Positions 13,229-24,351 are shown, numbered from the stretch's first letter. The stretch: DNA of 64,000 bases from Gammaproteobacteria bacterium (GCA_965219665.1 CBDCOD010000024.1:140987-204986); one strand, 5' to 3'. The notes: generated by a model from the letters alone, not told the origin. Numbers and translations: made by a program.

Positions 13229-14425
13229 ATGTATGTGCAACTTTTAATTATTGGCTTTAGCAGCATTTTGCTTGCATCCTGTGGGACAAGCGGGCAGCGG
13301 GCAGCGTCCGATGAGAAAAAGATTGCTAAAAAAAGCCAGCCACTTTCGGTAGTAAACGAAACGCGTTCGTCTGTCTCTATGTGGATGTTAGAAACGCCAT
13401 TTTCTCATCATTTTCAGGTCAAAGAGAAGGTATCGGACTATAACACTATTTGGCCGCATATAGAATCACAGCTAACATTTGGTGAGGAGCTTGCTGGTTT
13501 GCCAACTGTACGCAGGCATATTAAAACTTTGTTACGTTCTCCTAAACAGCTTCAGGCGACCACGCGTAGGGCAGAGCCGTTTTTGCCTCATATTATTGAG
13601 GAAGTGCAACGTCATAATATGCCTATTGAAATCGCGTTGCTGCCTTTCGTTGAAAGTCGTTTTTATGCATTAGCCCGTAACCCGCGTAGCAAAGCAGGCG
13701 GAATATGGCAGTTTACACGTGCTACAGGAAGGTTTTACGGCTTAGATCAAAATTGGTGGTACGATGCGCGTTTTGACGTACGCCAATCTACGCGCGCTGC
13801 GCTCAACCTATTGCAAGATTTGCATGATCGTTATGATGATTGGCTGCTGGCATTGGCTGCCTATAATTGGGGCATGGGCAATGTTGATAAGTCTATTCGT
13901 AAAAGCCGAAAGCGTGGCGTAAAGAGTATATCGTATTGGTCAATCCGTTTGCCGAGGGAGACACGAAATTATGTGCCTAAGCTTATTGCGTATGCGCAAA
14001 TTATCGCTAAGCAAGCGGAGTACGGCATAACATTGCATCCAGTTGAGAAAAAGCCTTCTACGGCATGGGTGCCGATTAGCAAGCCCTATGAAATGTCTCA
14101 ATTAGCTGAGGCTGCTAACTTGAGTGTTCACCACTTTAGGCAGCTAAATGCAGGTTTCCGTCGGTGGGCAGTTAAGCCCAATAATCAATATCACGTCTTG
14201 CTACCTGCCGATGTCGTTAGTACCTTTCAAAGCAGGCTGAAAAACCCTAAACTTCAGTCTAACTCTAAATGGACCTCGCATATTGTAGAGCGCGGTGATA
14301 GCCTCTACAAAATTGCGCATCACTACGGTATAACTGTGCGTACCATTAAGCGTGTTAACCGTTTAGACACCAGTGTTATTCGTATTGGTCAACGTCTTAT
14401 TATTCCGGTTAGACAAAGCATATAA
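13229..14425 (+). CDS. mltD: Lytic transglycosylase MltD-like lipoprotein with LysM
   Basis: Lipobox LASC; LPFVES, GIWQF, AAYNWG, ETRNYVPK; C-terminal LysM. Confidence 0.9.
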   Translation: MYVQLLIIGFSSILLASCGTSGQRAASDEKKIAKKSQPLSVVNETRSSVSMWMLETPFSHHFQVKEKVSDYNTIWPHIESQLTFGEELAGLPTVRRHIKTLLRSPKQLQATTRRAEPFLPHIIEEVQRHNMPIEIALLPFVESRFYALARNPRSKAGGIWQFTRATGRFYGLDQNWWYDARFDVRQSTRAALNLLQDLHDRYDDWLLALAAYNWGMGNVDKSIRKSRKRGVKSISYWSIRLPRETRNYVPKLIAYAQIIAKQAEYGITLHPVEKKPSTAWVPISKPYEMSQLAEAANLSVHHFRQLNAGFRRWAVKPNNQYHVLLPADVVSTFQSRLKNPKLQSNSKWTSHIVERGDSLYKIAHHYGITVRTIKRVNRLDTSVIRIGQRLIIPVRQSI

Positions 14426-15349
14426 GTGCCAATAAAACAGTGGACTGCCAAGGCGCCAGGTAGCACCATTCTCTTTGGTGAGCATGCTGTTCTTGCAGGT
14501 TTCGGAGCAATTGTTTATGCTGTTAATGCTCACATAACCATACATTTTGAGGCTGAGGACACAGAGATTATCACTATTCATAGCGCACTAGGCAGTGTAC
14601 GCTTGAATAGAAATCACCCCGTCATTACGTATCCGCTACAGTTTGCAACAGCTACTATCTGTAGCAATCCGCCTCAAACAGGAGGCACATTTACCATACA
14701 AAGCGAATTTCCTGCAACGATAGGTTTGGGTTCTTCTGCTGCTGTTACAGTGGCTATGCTTGGGCTACTGTACGCTATACGGCATGAGGAAATCAATAAA
14801 GCAGCCCTGTTAGTAGAAGCAGTTAAGGTGATTCGTGCGGTTCAAGGTAGTGGATCAGGGGCAGATGTGGCTGCGAGTGTGTTTGGTAATTGTGTGTTTT
14901 ATACTGGTAGTACACAGGCTGTCTACCCTGTCAAAGTGCCCACGTTACCATTGAGTTTGCATTATTGTGGATATAAAACACCTACAGCAGAAGTGATTTC
15001 AGCTGTGCAGCAGCAGTGGAGCGGTAGGGAGTTTGCCTTGCAGGCGTTATATCAGAATATGTCTGTCATCACGCAGGCAGCTAAGCACGATTTGAATAGA
15101 GAGAACTGTGATAATCTGGCAGAGTATATCAATAACTATCATCACCTTTTGGTACAGTTGGGGGTAGAAGATTGGGGTTTGCAGCAACTGCGCGCTAAAC
15201 TGTTTGCACAGGGTTCTCAGGCTGTTAAAATATCCGGATCAGGAAGGGGAGATTGCTTATTGGCATTGGGCTATGATGGGGATATTTCAGCACAAAGCCT
15301 ACCCTTACAGGTGAGTGAAAAAGGTTTAGAGATTCAATATACGCGATAA
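14426..15349 (+). CDS. GHMP kinase of the mevalonate pathway (phosphomevalonate or mevalonate kinase)
   Basis: APG..ILFGEHAV, GLGSSAA, QGSGSGADVAAS, KISGSGRGDC; adjacent to mvaD. Confidence 0.85.
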   Translation: MPIKQWTAKAPGSTILFGEHAVLAGFGAIVYAVNAHITIHFEAEDTEIITIHSALGSVRLNRNHPVITYPLQFATATICSNPPQTGGTFTIQSEFPATIGLGSSAAVTVAMLGLLYAIRHEEINKAALLVEAVKVIRAVQGSGSGADVAASVFGNCVFYTGSTQAVYPVKVPTLPLSLHYCGYKTPTAEVISAVQQQWSGREFALQALYQNMSVITQAAKHDLNRENCDNLAEYINNYHHLLVQLGVEDWGLQQLRAKLFAQGSQAVKISGSGRGDCLLALGYDGDISAQSLPLQVSEKGLEIQYTR

Positions 15350-15356
15350 TAATCCA

Positions 15357-16328
15357 GTGAGTAGATTGCCACTTCCTTCTCGTCCGGTGCAGCACAGTGC
15401 AACCGCCCAAGCAGATTCCAATATTGCTCTTGCGAAATATTGGGGTAAACGCGATGTTGGGTTAAATTTACCCTACAATAGTTCTTTATCTATTGGGTTA
15501 AAAGGTTGGGGCACTACGACTACGGTGTCTCTTGCAGCTCAGGACAGTTTTACCTTAAATGATAAAAAGGACAGTCAAGCTGCTGAGCGGCTGTTTGCAT
15601 GGGTGAATCGTCTTGTGGGATTAGATCGTCCTCAGCTGTCTATTTCCTCAACAAACCGCATTCCTACGTCTGCTGGCTTAGCCTCTTCTGCGTCAGGTTT
15701 TGCTGCTGCTACGTGTGCATTAAATACATTATTTGGTTGGCAATTAGATCGTACAGCTTTAAGTGGCGTTGCTCGTTTAGGTAGCGGTAGTGCTGCCCGT
15801 TCGTTGTTTGAGGGCTTTGTCATCTGGCATAGAGGCTGCCTGCCTGACGGTAGTGATAGCGTGGCACAGCCATTGGCAGCCACATGGCAAGATTTAGTGT
15901 TAGTTATTGTGGAAGTTAGTGCTGACGTAAAATCCGTTGGCTCTACTACAGGGATGCTACGTACGGTAAAAACCTCTCCACTATATGAGCAGTGGGTGCC
16001 ATTTGCTGAGCAATCTGTTGACGCGTTAACGCATGCGATTCAAGCACGGGATTTTGAATGCTTAGGGCGCATTACTGAGCATAATGCCTTAACGATGCAT
16101 GCAACGATGCACAGTGCACAGCCTACGGTTAACTATTGGTTACCTGATAGTATAGCTGCTATGCAGACAGTTTGGCAGTTACGAGAGCAGGGAGTTGCAG
16201 TCTTTTTTACTATGGATGCAGGACCAAATTTAAAATTACTGTGTTTATCTGAAAGTCTGCATAAGGTACAATCAGCCTTTCCGCAGGGGCAGCTGGTGTA
16301 TCCGTTTCTACCACACAATCATGAGTAA
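15357..16328 (+). CDS. mvaD: Diphosphomevalonate decarboxylase
   Basis: NIALAKYWGKR, AGLASSASG, RLGSGSAARS, FTMDAGPN. Confidence 0.96.
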   Translation: MSRLPLPSRPVQHSATAQADSNIALAKYWGKRDVGLNLPYNSSLSIGLKGWGTTTTVSLAAQDSFTLNDKKDSQAAERLFAWVNRLVGLDRPQLSISSTNRIPTSAGLASSASGFAAATCALNTLFGWQLDRTALSGVARLGSGSAARSLFEGFVIWHRGCLPDGSDSVAQPLAATWQDLVLVIVEVSADVKSVGSTTGMLRTVKTSPLYEQWVPFAEQSVDALTHAIQARDFECLGRITEHNALTMHATMHSAQPTVNYWLPDSIAAMQTVWQLREQGVAVFFTMDAGPNLKLLCLSESLHKVQSAFPQGQLVYPFLPHNHE

Positions 16329-17010
16329 AAATATCCTAACTGATCATATTAGCCATTTTAATCATCGCGCCTCAGAGTGGTGGGATTTAGATGGTCCATT
16401 CAAAACACTGCATCAAATTAACCCCCTTCGATTGAATTATGTACAGCAGTACAGCGCTTTGCAAGGAAAGCGTGTATTGGATGTTGGCTGTGGTGGTGGT
16501 GTATTGAGTGAAGCTCTGTGTAAGCTTGGTGCGCACGTAACAGCCATTGATTTGGCAAAGGATGCCATAGAGATTGCACAGCAACATAAGGGGCAATTAG
16601 CTATTGATTACCGCTTAGCATCAGCGGAGCAGCTGGTGGAGGAAGGCGCACAGTTTGATATCGTGTGCTGCATGGAGCTGTTAGAGCATATTCCAGAGCC
16701 ACAAAGGTTTATGTGTACGCTATCGCAACTTACGAAAGACTGGTGTTTTATTTCTACAATAAACCGCAGTGCGTTTGCATGGTTAGGTGCCGTGTTCATG
16801 GCAGAGCGTGTCTTAAAGTGGTTGCCTGAGGGGACGCATGATGCACAGCTGTTTATTAAGCCAGAAGAGCTTTCAGATTGGGGGGAGGATGCTGGCTTAA
16901 GTTTGCACAATACGATGGGGATGATTTATGATCCAATCAATGGGCAGTTTAGATTGCGTAAAGATAGTACCCAAATAAATTATCTACAAGCCTGGCGTAA
17001 ATTAGTGTAG
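16321..17010 (+). CDS. ubiG: Ubiquinone biosynthesis O-methyltransferase
   Basis: WWDLDGPFKTLHQINPLR, LDVGCGGG, MELLEH. Confidence 0.96.
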   Translation: MSKNILTDHISHFNHRASEWWDLDGPFKTLHQINPLRLNYVQQYSALQGKRVLDVGCGGGVLSEALCKLGAHVTAIDLAKDAIEIAQQHKGQLAIDYRLASAEQLVEEGAQFDIVCCMELLEHIPEPQRFMCTLSQLTKDWCFISTINRSAFAWLGAVFMAERVLKWLPEGTHDAQLFIKPEELSDWGEDAGLSLHNTMGMIYDPINGQFRLRKDSTQINYLQAWRKLV

Positions 17011-17997
17011 TTACGCTTGTAATTGCATCGTATGCATTTGACGAGCAGTGTTAATTGCGCATAATAAACTACCGCAATCTGCTTTACCTGTGCCTGCCAG
17101 TGATAGAGCAGTGCCATGGTCAACTGAGGTGCGGATAAATGGTAAGCCTAAAGTAATATTAACGGTTTGACCAAAGCCTATTTGCTTTAGCGGGGTGAGC
17201 CCTTGATCGTGATACATGGCAAAAATCACATCATAGTCTTGAAGTATTTCTGCACGAAATGCAGTATCTGCAGGCAGTGGTTGTGATACTTGTATTCCTT
17301 GTTGGCGTAGTGTGTTTAGAGTAGGTTCGATAATATCACGCTCTTCAGTGCCTAAAAGACCATCCTCCCCTGCGTGTGGGTTTAGCCCCAAGACTGCAAT
17401 GCGTGGTGAATGCTTGATGAAAAATCGTGGTAACTCTGTGTGAATGATTTGTAGTTTACGCGTTAGGTTTTTAGTGGTGACATAATCAGCAACGTGCCGT
17501 AGTGGAATATGTGTTGTCAGCAGTGCCACCCTAAATTCTGGGCAGGCAAGCATCATGACTACTTCAGAGGCTCCAGCATAGCGCTGAAAAAATTCTGTAT
17601 GCCCGTGAAAAGGAGCATCTGGGCGATGTAGAATGCTTTTATGGACAGGTGCGGTGACTATAGCTGCTGCTTGTTCAAGCAAATCACAGGCGCGTGTGAT
17701 TACAGCAAGTACTTGGGGGCTATTATCGCGATCTAATTGTCCACAGAGAACTGGGTTTGGGCAATAAACAGGTTCTATGCACAGTGTACGTGGCGGTATA
17801 TTGCGGTGGTTAGAGCCGTCCCAAACTATTATGATTACAGGGTATTTCAAGCGTTTGGCGCGTGCTTCAAATACGGTAGGGTCACCAATGACCACACAAT
17901 TCTGTAGGTGTCCTTGATGGGCTAGTCCCAGAATAATATCTGGACCAATGCCAGCATTCTCACCTGTGGTGATTAGTATGGGCTTAGAGTGTGTCAA
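17011..17997 (-). CDS. pdxA: 4-hydroxythreonine-4-phosphate dehydrogenase
   Basis: GHTEF, LNPHAGE, MYHDQG, RTSVDHGTA. Confidence 0.98.
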   Translation of the reverse strand: MTHSKPILITTGENAGIGPDIILGLAHQGHLQNCVVIGDPTVFEARAKRLKYPVIIIVWDGSNHRNIPPRTLCIEPVYCPNPVLCGQLDRDNSPQVLAVITRACDLLEQAAAIVTAPVHKSILHRPDAPFHGHTEFFQRYAGASEVVMMLACPEFRVALLTTHIPLRHVADYVTTKNLTRKLQIIHTELPRFFIKHSPRIAVLGLNPHAGEDGLLGTEERDIIEPTLNTLRQQGIQVSQPLPADTAFRAEILQDYDVIFAMYHDQGLTPLKQIGFGQTVNITLGLPFIRTSVDHGTALSLAGTGKADCGSLLCAINTARQMHTMQLQA

Positions 17998-19297
17998 AGA
18001 CTTCTTGATTGATAGTTACAGCAGCATTGCCGCGTAAATTTCGCAGAAAGATGGTGTACTCAACTTGTGCAGATTGGTTTTGTAGGAATCTTCGTGCCCG
18101 CTCTCGACTGACTAAACTGGTGCCGTCAAAACGCTCTGCAGCAAGGCGGCGAAATAAATACCAGCCCTGTTGCGTTCGGATGACGCCACTGATTGCGTTA
18201 TCTTTTGCTTGTGCAATATGATTTTCTAATTCGGTATCAAAACGCCCTTCAATGAGCCATTCACCCTGGCTATTCTTGATAGGATTGCCTTGTGTGTGCT
18301 GTTGTGCTAGCTGAGCAAATTCATCTGGCTTTTTGCGTAATTGTAGTGCCAGCCGAGTCAACTTAGCGGTTGCTTCTTCGTGGCTGTAGCTGGAAGGTAA
18401 TAGGTGGATTTGTTGTATTTTATAGCGGGTTAGCAGTATAGGCTTTTTAGCGCGTATATCACGCAACTGTAGAATGTGAAACCCCAGTGATGAGCGAATA
18501 GGTGATGTGATTTGGTTACGCTTAATCCTTTGGATGGCGCGTAGAAAACTGTCAGGTAACTCAGTTGAGTCACGCCAACCTATTTGTCCACCACGTAATG
18601 CATTGTCTGCTTTAGAGTAGCGTGCAGATACATCATTAAAAGATAGTTTTTGCTGTTTAATTTGTTGGGCAAGGCGTGTGACCTGCTCTAATTGCTTGCT
18701 TTCAGTTTGCTCCTTGTCAAAAGGAATTAGAATTTGTGCTAGTTCATATTCATTGATGTTTTCTAAAAGAGCTCTGCGTGCTAATAGTTCATCTACGTCG
18801 GCTTCGCTAATTTTAATTCTTGACTGGAGAATGTTTTGGCGTAAGGTTTGTAAAACCATTTGTTCACGGATGTTTTCACGATATATTCGCCAATCTACCC
18901 CATTTTTTTGTAGCGCTTTTTGCATTTCAAGTAGCGTTAATTTGTTGCGCTGAGCAATTTCCTGAATGCGGCGATTTAGGGTTAGGTCTGGGATAGATAT
19001 GTTCTGACGCTTAGCAAAACTCAGCTGTAGTTTCTGTATGATCATATCTTCTAACAGTTTAGACTTCAAGTCAGGAACATTTGCTGGATCAATTTTTTGA
19101 GCGCGCATGTCGCGTAGAGCAGATAGTTGCTGATTTCTAAAAGAGCTTAGTAAAATGACGTCATCATTGACGGTTGCTAAAATGCCTTCTAACAGAAATC
19201 GCTCAGCATGTGCAGTTGTGCAATAGAGCATGGTGGAGCAGCACAGGAATAACAGCCATTGGCGAGGAAAAATCAACTGCTGAACCCGTCTAATCAT
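17984..19297 (-). CDS. surA: Periplasmic chaperone/PPIase SurA
   Basis: ILATVNDDVIL N-domain, parvulin motifs (GGQIGW, GFHIL); upstream of pdxA. Confidence 0.9.
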   Translation of the reverse strand: MIRRVQQLIFPRQWLLFLCCSTMLYCTTAHAERFLLEGILATVNDDVILLSSFRNQQLSALRDMRAQKIDPANVPDLKSKLLEDMIIQKLQLSFAKRQNISIPDLTLNRRIQEIAQRNKLTLLEMQKALQKNGVDWRIYRENIREQMVLQTLRQNILQSRIKISEADVDELLARRALLENINEYELAQILIPFDKEQTESKQLEQVTRLAQQIKQQKLSFNDVSARYSKADNALRGGQIGWRDSTELPDSFLRAIQRIKRNQITSPIRSSLGFHILQLRDIRAKKPILLTRYKIQQIHLLPSSYSHEEATAKLTRLALQLRKKPDEFAQLAQQHTQGNPIKNSQGEWLIEGRFDTELENHIAQAKDNAISGVIRTQQGWYLFRRLAAERFDGTSLVSRERARRFLQNQSAQVEYTIFLRNLRGNAAVTINQEVFDTL

Positions 19298-19776
19298 GGT
19301 GAGGTATTGTATCGTGTTTCTAAAAGGCGGTACATAATCAATGCATCTTCTCGGCCGTTGTTTGAGGGGTAATACGCAGGGCGCATTCCAATGACCTCAA
19401 AATGGTTTTTTCTATAGAACTGTTGGGCACGTGTGTTACTGAGGCGCACTTCAAGAAATACCTTTTTAACATCCTGTTGTTCTAAGGCCGCTATGGCACT
19501 GTCCAATAAATATTGCCCTTTATTTTGGCTCTGATAGGGCGGGTCAATACAGAAATTAAGAATTTGCGCCTCATCCAGCACTACAGATACTATGAGATAG
19601 CCTATTAGGATTTCGTCAATAAGCAGTGCGCTGCAATGATATTGAGCCGTTAGGCAGTCTGAAAAATGGCGTTCGCTCCAAGGGCTGGGCTGGCATAGTT
19701 GCTCAATAGCTATAGCGTGTGCAATATCGTCTAATTGCAGAGCTCTAGTGTGAACCATGTATTTTTTTGAGGGCAT
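19294..19776 (-). CDS. rimI: Ribosomal protein S18 alanine N-acetyltransferase
   Basis: LEVRLSN..A..FY, R.AYYP...GREDA. Confidence 0.93.
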   Translation of the reverse strand: MPSKKYMVHTRALQLDDIAHAIAIEQLCQPSPWSERHFSDCLTAQYHCSALLIDEILIGYLIVSVVLDEAQILNFCIDPPYQSQNKGQYLLDSAIAALEQQDVKKVFLEVRLSNTRAQQFYRKNHFEVIGMRPAYYPSNNGREDALIMYRLLETRYNTSP

Positions 19777-20179
19777 GCCATAGGCGAGGCTTTTCAGTAG
19801 TTGGTGCGCTTAGCAGGCTCGCCATAGAGGGTAAGCAGGTGAACTGTTGATTCAGAGAGTCAAAAGTGTGCGCATTTTGTGGCCATAAGGGGCAATTCAG
19901 CATAGACAGCAACTGTTTATCTGCAGTACTGTTGTGCACCCATGCTATGTCCTCTAGTTCAATTTTGAGAAAGTGGAGTACATCATGTAACAACTGAGTG
20001 CCTGCCATCATCTGTTTAGGTTCCTGGCTTTGCAGGATTAAGCATATTACAGGATTATGTTTATTGCCTGATAAAGCGTCAAAAATAGTGTTTGTTTGAG
20101 TGCTATTATCTAAAGGTATAGCGGTATAAAGGCAAATACCCATGCGCTGCAAGCAGCCCTTTTGGCTATCAGACCACAT
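19745..20179 (-). CDS. Hypothetical protein in the slot upstream of rimI (possibly HolD/psi-like or degenerate UDG-like)
   Basis: ORF between leuA and rimI; N-terminal LQRMGI and C-terminal LL..P..K..LW pattern typical of genes at this position. Confidence 0.55.
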   Translation of the reverse strand: MWSDSQKGCLQRMGICLYTAIPLDNSTQTNTIFDALSGNKHNPVICLILQSQEPKQMMAGTQLLHDVLHFLKIELEDIAWVHNSTADKQLLSMLNCPLWPQNAHTFDSLNQQFTCLPSMASLLSAPTTEKPRLWHALKKIHGSH

Positions 20180-20185
20180 CGCTTT

Positions 20186-21724
20186 TTATATCGGTTGGTG
20201 TGGGTGCGCTCTATCTGTTGTGGACCACAGACGGTTAATAGCATTGATATACGCTTTTGCTGATGCACATACAATATCAGTATGTGTTCCTTGTCCATTT
20301 ACAACGTTGCCGTCTAAGCCTAAGCGTACATTGACGACGCCTTGGGAGTCTGTTCCATCTGTTACGTTATTAACTGAGTAGAGTAGTAACTGTGCGTTAC
20401 TATCAATCAAGGACTCAATGCACTTAAAGGTTGCGTCAACGATACCGCCGCCTTGTGCGGTTGCACTGCGTAATGCTCCATCTAAGCGCAAGGACAACTC
20501 TACAGTAGGTGGCATGTGTGGCTCCATAGTAGCACGTATCCAATTTAATTTAAGACGCTCTTCATGTTTGTGTGCACTTGTTTCGGTAATAAGGACCTGC
20601 AAATCGTCATCAAAAACCTCATGTTTTTTATCTGCTAATTTCTTAAAGCGTGTAAATATTTCATCCAGTTCAGCTGGTGATGTCTGGATGTTAAGTGCTT
20701 GCAGACGCGCATTCAAGGCATTGCGTCCAGAGTGTTTACCTAAAACCATGCGGTTTGCAGTCCAACCAACATCTTCTGCGCGCATAATTTCATAGGTTTC
20801 TCGATGCTTCAAGACGCCCGCTTGATGGATGCCTGCCTCATGAGCAAAGGCATTGACACCAACAACTGCTTTATTAGGTTGTACTGGAAATCCGGTAATT
20901 GCTGAAACTAACTTGCTGGTGGGGACCAAATACTGGGTGTTAATATTGACCTCTAAGTTATAGAAATCGTTGCGTGTTTTTAGAGCCATAACAACCTCTT
21001 CTAAGGAGGCATTCCCAGCACGTTCTCCTAAACCATTAATCGTACACTCAATTTGTCGCGCACCATTAGATACCGCCGCTAGGGCATTGGCAACTGCCAA
21101 GCCTAAATCATTATGACAGTGTGCTGAGAAGATGGCCTTATCGGCATTGGGCACACGCGTAATCAAATCATGCATTAATTGTCCAAACTGCTGTGGTACG
21201 GTATAACCAACGGTGTCAGGTATATTGATTGTGGTTGCGCCTGCTGCAATCGTTGCTTCAATAATACGGCACAAAAAATCTAGGTCAGATCGCCCGGCAT
21301 CTTCAGGAGAAAATTCTACGTCATCCGTAAATTGCCGTGCAAAGCGCACTGCAGAAACAGCCGTTTCAATAACTTGGTTCGGTTGCATGTTGAGTTTTGC
21401 CTGCATATGGATGGGCGATGTGGCGATAAAGGTGTGAATACGCCTTCTTGGAGCGGGCTTAATGGCTTCAGCCGCTCGTTGAATATCTGTTTTATTCGCA
21501 CGCGCCAAGGAGCACACAGTTGACTCTTTAATTACTTTTGCTACAGCTTGGATGGCTTCAAAATCGCCTTGACTGGCGATAGCAAACCCTGCTTCAATGA
21601 TATCAACGCGTAAGGCTTCTAATTTTTTGGCAATACGGACCTTTTCCTCCAGCGTCATAGATGCGCCGGGACTCTGCTCACCATCTCGTAATGTGGTGTC
21701 AAAAATAATAACTTGATTGGACAT
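20186..21724 (-). CDS. leuA: 2-isopropylmalate synthase
   Basis: [29 protein letters not shown]. Confidence 0.98.
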   Translation of the reverse strand: MSNQVIIFDTTLRDGEQSPGASMTLEEKVRIAKKLEALRVDIIEAGFAIASQGDFEAIQAVAKVIKESTVCSLARANKTDIQRAAEAIKPAPRRRIHTFIATSPIHMQAKLNMQPNQVIETAVSAVRFARQFTDDVEFSPEDAGRSDLDFLCRIIEATIAAGATTINIPDTVGYTVPQQFGQLMHDLITRVPNADKAIFSAHCHNDLGLAVANALAAVSNGARQIECTINGLGERAGNASLEEVVMALKTRNDFYNLEVNINTQYLVPTSKLVSAITGFPVQPNKAVVGVNAFAHEAGIHQAGVLKHRETYEIMRAEDVGWTANRMVLGKHSGRNALNARLQALNIQTSPAELDEIFTRFKKLADKKHEVFDDDLQVLITETSAHKHEERLKLNWIRATMEPHMPPTVELSLRLDGALRSATAQGGGIVDATFKCIESLIDSNAQLLLYSVNNVTDGTDSQGVVNVRLGLDGNVVNGQGTHTDIVCASAKAYINAINRLWSTTDRAHPHQPI

Positions 21725-21841
21725 AAAAATCTATTGGGTTAGTGTGTGGGCTTTCAACATGCTTTTTCACCGTATACGCAGCGAATATAAGAGGGTTTAT
21801 GGTAAGCAGTTAGAGGCTTTAAGTTGTGGGGAAACTGGCGT

Positions 21842-22609
21842 TCATGTTTTGTTTTTATAAAAACGTAGTTTCTTCTCTAGCCGCTTGCTTCTAAGTCGTA
21901 GAAGCGTTAATATTGGACCGGATGATAGGTAGAGCATTCCCATAATCAACAGAACAATAGAAGTGTGGGAGGCGATGAGCATAATAATGACTGCCACGCC
22001 GAGAAGTGCAATGAAAGGCACTTTATTATTGAAGTCTTTAAAGCTGTAAAAGCGCATATTACTGACCATCATAATCCCTAAAATGACTAATAAGGCGAAT
22101 ATGCCCCATACTGTGGTAGATGATTCGTGCCATTGCATAATTTCTGCAGACCAGATGAAAGTAACCAAGGTTCCCGCTGCTGAGGGGCTGGGCATCCCCT
22201 GAAAGAAGCCGCGATTTAAAGGGGAGCTAATTTGTACATTAAAGCGTGCTAATCGCAGTGCAGCGCACACCACAAACAAAAAACCTAAAATCCAGATATT
22301 TTGGGTGAAGTGATGCTCGGTCCAAGCAACAGCTAGCCAAGCAGGCGCAATACCAAATGAGGCAAAGTCAGCCATACTGTCAAACTGAGCCCCAAAGGCA
22401 CTGGTGGTATTGGTCAAACGTGCAACGCGCCCATCTAAGCCGTCTAAGCAAGCAGCAATCACAATAGCGATAGCAGCATGTGTAAACTGGCCTTGAGAGG
22501 CAACCACCATCGCAAAAAAACCTGCAAGTAAGCCGGCAGTTGTGATTAAATTTGGTAACAAGAAAATACCACGAATCTGGTGATTATCTGTACTAGGTGC
22601 TTTGTTCAT
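21842..22609 (-). CDS. pssA: CDP-diacylglycerol-serine O-phosphatidyltransferase
   Basis: LLPNLIT, DGLDGRVAR...FG..FDS.AD, LRLARFN. Confidence 0.93.
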   Translation of the reverse strand: MNKAPSTDNHQIRGIFLLPNLITTAGLLAGFFAMVVASQGQFTHAAIAIVIAACLDGLDGRVARLTNTTSAFGAQFDSMADFASFGIAPAWLAVAWTEHHFTQNIWILGFLFVVCAALRLARFNVQISSPLNRGFFQGMPSPSAAGTLVTFIWSAEIMQWHESSTTVWGIFALLVILGIMMVSNMRFYSFKDFNNKVPFIALLGVAVIIMLIASHTSIVLLIMGMLYLSSGPILTLLRLRSKRLEKKLRFYKNKT

Positions 22610-22697
22610 AGGGTAATATATTATACCAAAGGCTGACGCTGTGCGTGCCTCTCATCATATTCTGTCGAATGCTCGTGGTGTGATACGTGGCAAAAGA

Positions 22698-23429
22698 TTA
22701 GAAGTAGGCGACAGCAGAGAAAGTAAAGAGCCTAGAACTATCGCTGCGGTTATTAAATGCTGCAGTTATATGGCGTGCAGTGAAGTTTGAGCGCAGAGCA
22801 ACAAAGTCAGTAATGCGCCACACACCAGCAATATTGTATTCAATAAAAGCTGGACCATCCAAATTTTGCTCTAATTGAAGCGCCTGCTCCAATACGAATA
22901 CTTCACTGAATGGGATGTGTAGAGCAGAGCTCAGATCAAGTGCAGCATCATCGTTCCTTGAAGTAGCATTGAGGATGCGGTATCCTATACCAGCAAACTG
23001 ACGAAAAGTCAGATTTTCAGATTCCATTTGATAGGTAGTGCCTAATGAGAAGATAGAGTCGCGGTCATACACCCAAGCATCATCCATTATGTGACGACGC
23101 TTGTTGCTAAGCAGCCATTTTGGTGATAATTTGTAATGTGAGAAACTCAGTGAGGATAGATGAAATGAATCACGACCCTCTAAGGATGTATAGATAACGG
23201 TTAGTGTGAAGTCGTGCTTAACATTAGTGGATTCGCGTAATATGCCCAATCGTGTTAAGAGCGCAGTAGCGTCTATTTCGCTGCTTCCAGTGTATCCCCC
23301 TGCTTCTACGAAGGCTGAGAAATTTAAGCCTAGCATAGAAACTGGATTACGATTTAAATCTGCTTTTACGGGAATGGCAAGCATAGAGGTAATGAGTATG
23401 GCAATGAGTGTTTTGGGAATACGTTTCAT
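22698..23429 (-). CDS. Putative outer-membrane beta-barrel protein (DUF481/YdiY-like)
   Basis: Signal peptide MKRIPKTLIAILITSMLAIPVKA; amphipathic beta pattern; C-terminal AVAYF. Confidence 0.6.
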   Translation of the reverse strand: MKRIPKTLIAILITSMLAIPVKADLNRNPVSMLGLNFSAFVEAGGYTGSSEIDATALLTRLGILRESTNVKHDFTLTVIYTSLEGRDSFHLSSLSFSHYKLSPKWLLSNKRRHIMDDAWVYDRDSIFSLGTTYQMESENLTFRQFAGIGYRILNATSRNDDAALDLSSALHIPFSEVFVLEQALQLEQNLDGPAFIEYNIAGVWRITDFVALRSNFTARHITAAFNNRSDSSRLFTFSAVAYF

Positions 23430-23613
23430 GGTGTGGTGTGTGAGTAATGGATTAATGAGATAGGAGCAGATGCATAGATGTGTATTATCATACATCTTTA
23501 GTTTTTTGGTTTAGCAGAAATGTATCTGGGCGTAATCATTTTTAATCAAGTTTATTGGAAGAGGAGGTAGTGCTTGGTTGTAGAATCCTTATAGGAGAAG
23601 GAAGGGTTTTATT

Positions 23614-24351
23614 ATGCGTTATTGGTTTAGCAAATGTTTGCATGCATTTCTTCCTCAAGAAAAAGAGGATAGGAAGGCAGTGCGTGCAGGTATCAGTTTA
23701 GGGCTTCGAACGCCAGGAATTGGCTTAGGAGTCAGTTTTGTTACACTGGGTGTGTTAATGGCAGCGGCTAATCTGAGTAGTTGGCAGGCACTATTTAGCA
23801 CTATTCTTATTTATGCAATGCCTGCGCAGTTAGTGTTGGTGGAGCAATGGCAGTTGAGCCATTCTGTGCTGACAGTATGGTTGGCCGTTTTTTTTGCCAA
23901 TTTACGATTACTACCTATGGCGATTGTGTTGCGCCCAGAGTTATCTGCCCAGAAACCTTGGCATTACACCTTGGCAGGGCATTTTGTTGCTATTACTAGC
24001 TGGCTCTCTTTTTTAGGTGCTGCACCTGATGTGCCGCGTGCTCAGCGACTATATTTTTATTTTTCCCTATCAGTCACATTATGGATTATTTCATGCATAT
24101 GCACTGTAGTGGGCTATCATATTGCTATTCATGTAAATAGTGAGTGGTTAGCATTGTTGGTATTGCTCAATCCAGTATATTTAATGGCGATGATGTTGCG
24201 CTCTCTACGGACTAAGGCAGATTTTTTTGTCGTGGTGGTGGGTAGTGGTGGTGGTGTGGTGTTGAGTATGTGGTTCCCTGTTTGGGGCGTACTAATTACT
24301 GGAATAGTGGTTGGTAGCCTTGGGTGGTTGTTGGTACGGCGCAAAGCATGA
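23614..24351 (+). CDS. AzlC family branched-chain amino acid exporter
   Basis: YAMPAQ, NLR.LPM, W...CTVVG; highly hydrophobic. Confidence 0.85.
   Translation: MRYWFSKCLHAFLPQEKEDRKAVRAGISLGLRTPGIGLGVSFVTLGVLMAAANLSSWQALFSTILIYAMPAQLVLVEQWQLSHSVLTVWLAVFFANLRLLPMAIVLRPELSAQKPWHYTLAGHFVAITSWLSFLGAAPDVPRAQRLYFYFSLSVTLWIISCICTVVGYHIAIHVNSEWLALLVLLNPVYLMAMMLRSLRTKADFFVVVVGSGGGVVLSMWFPVWGVLITGIVVGSLGWLLVRRKA

Noticed and set aside
21725-21841. Leucine attenuator upstream of leuA
   Set aside because: No Leu-rich leader peptide or convincing terminator/antiterminator found.
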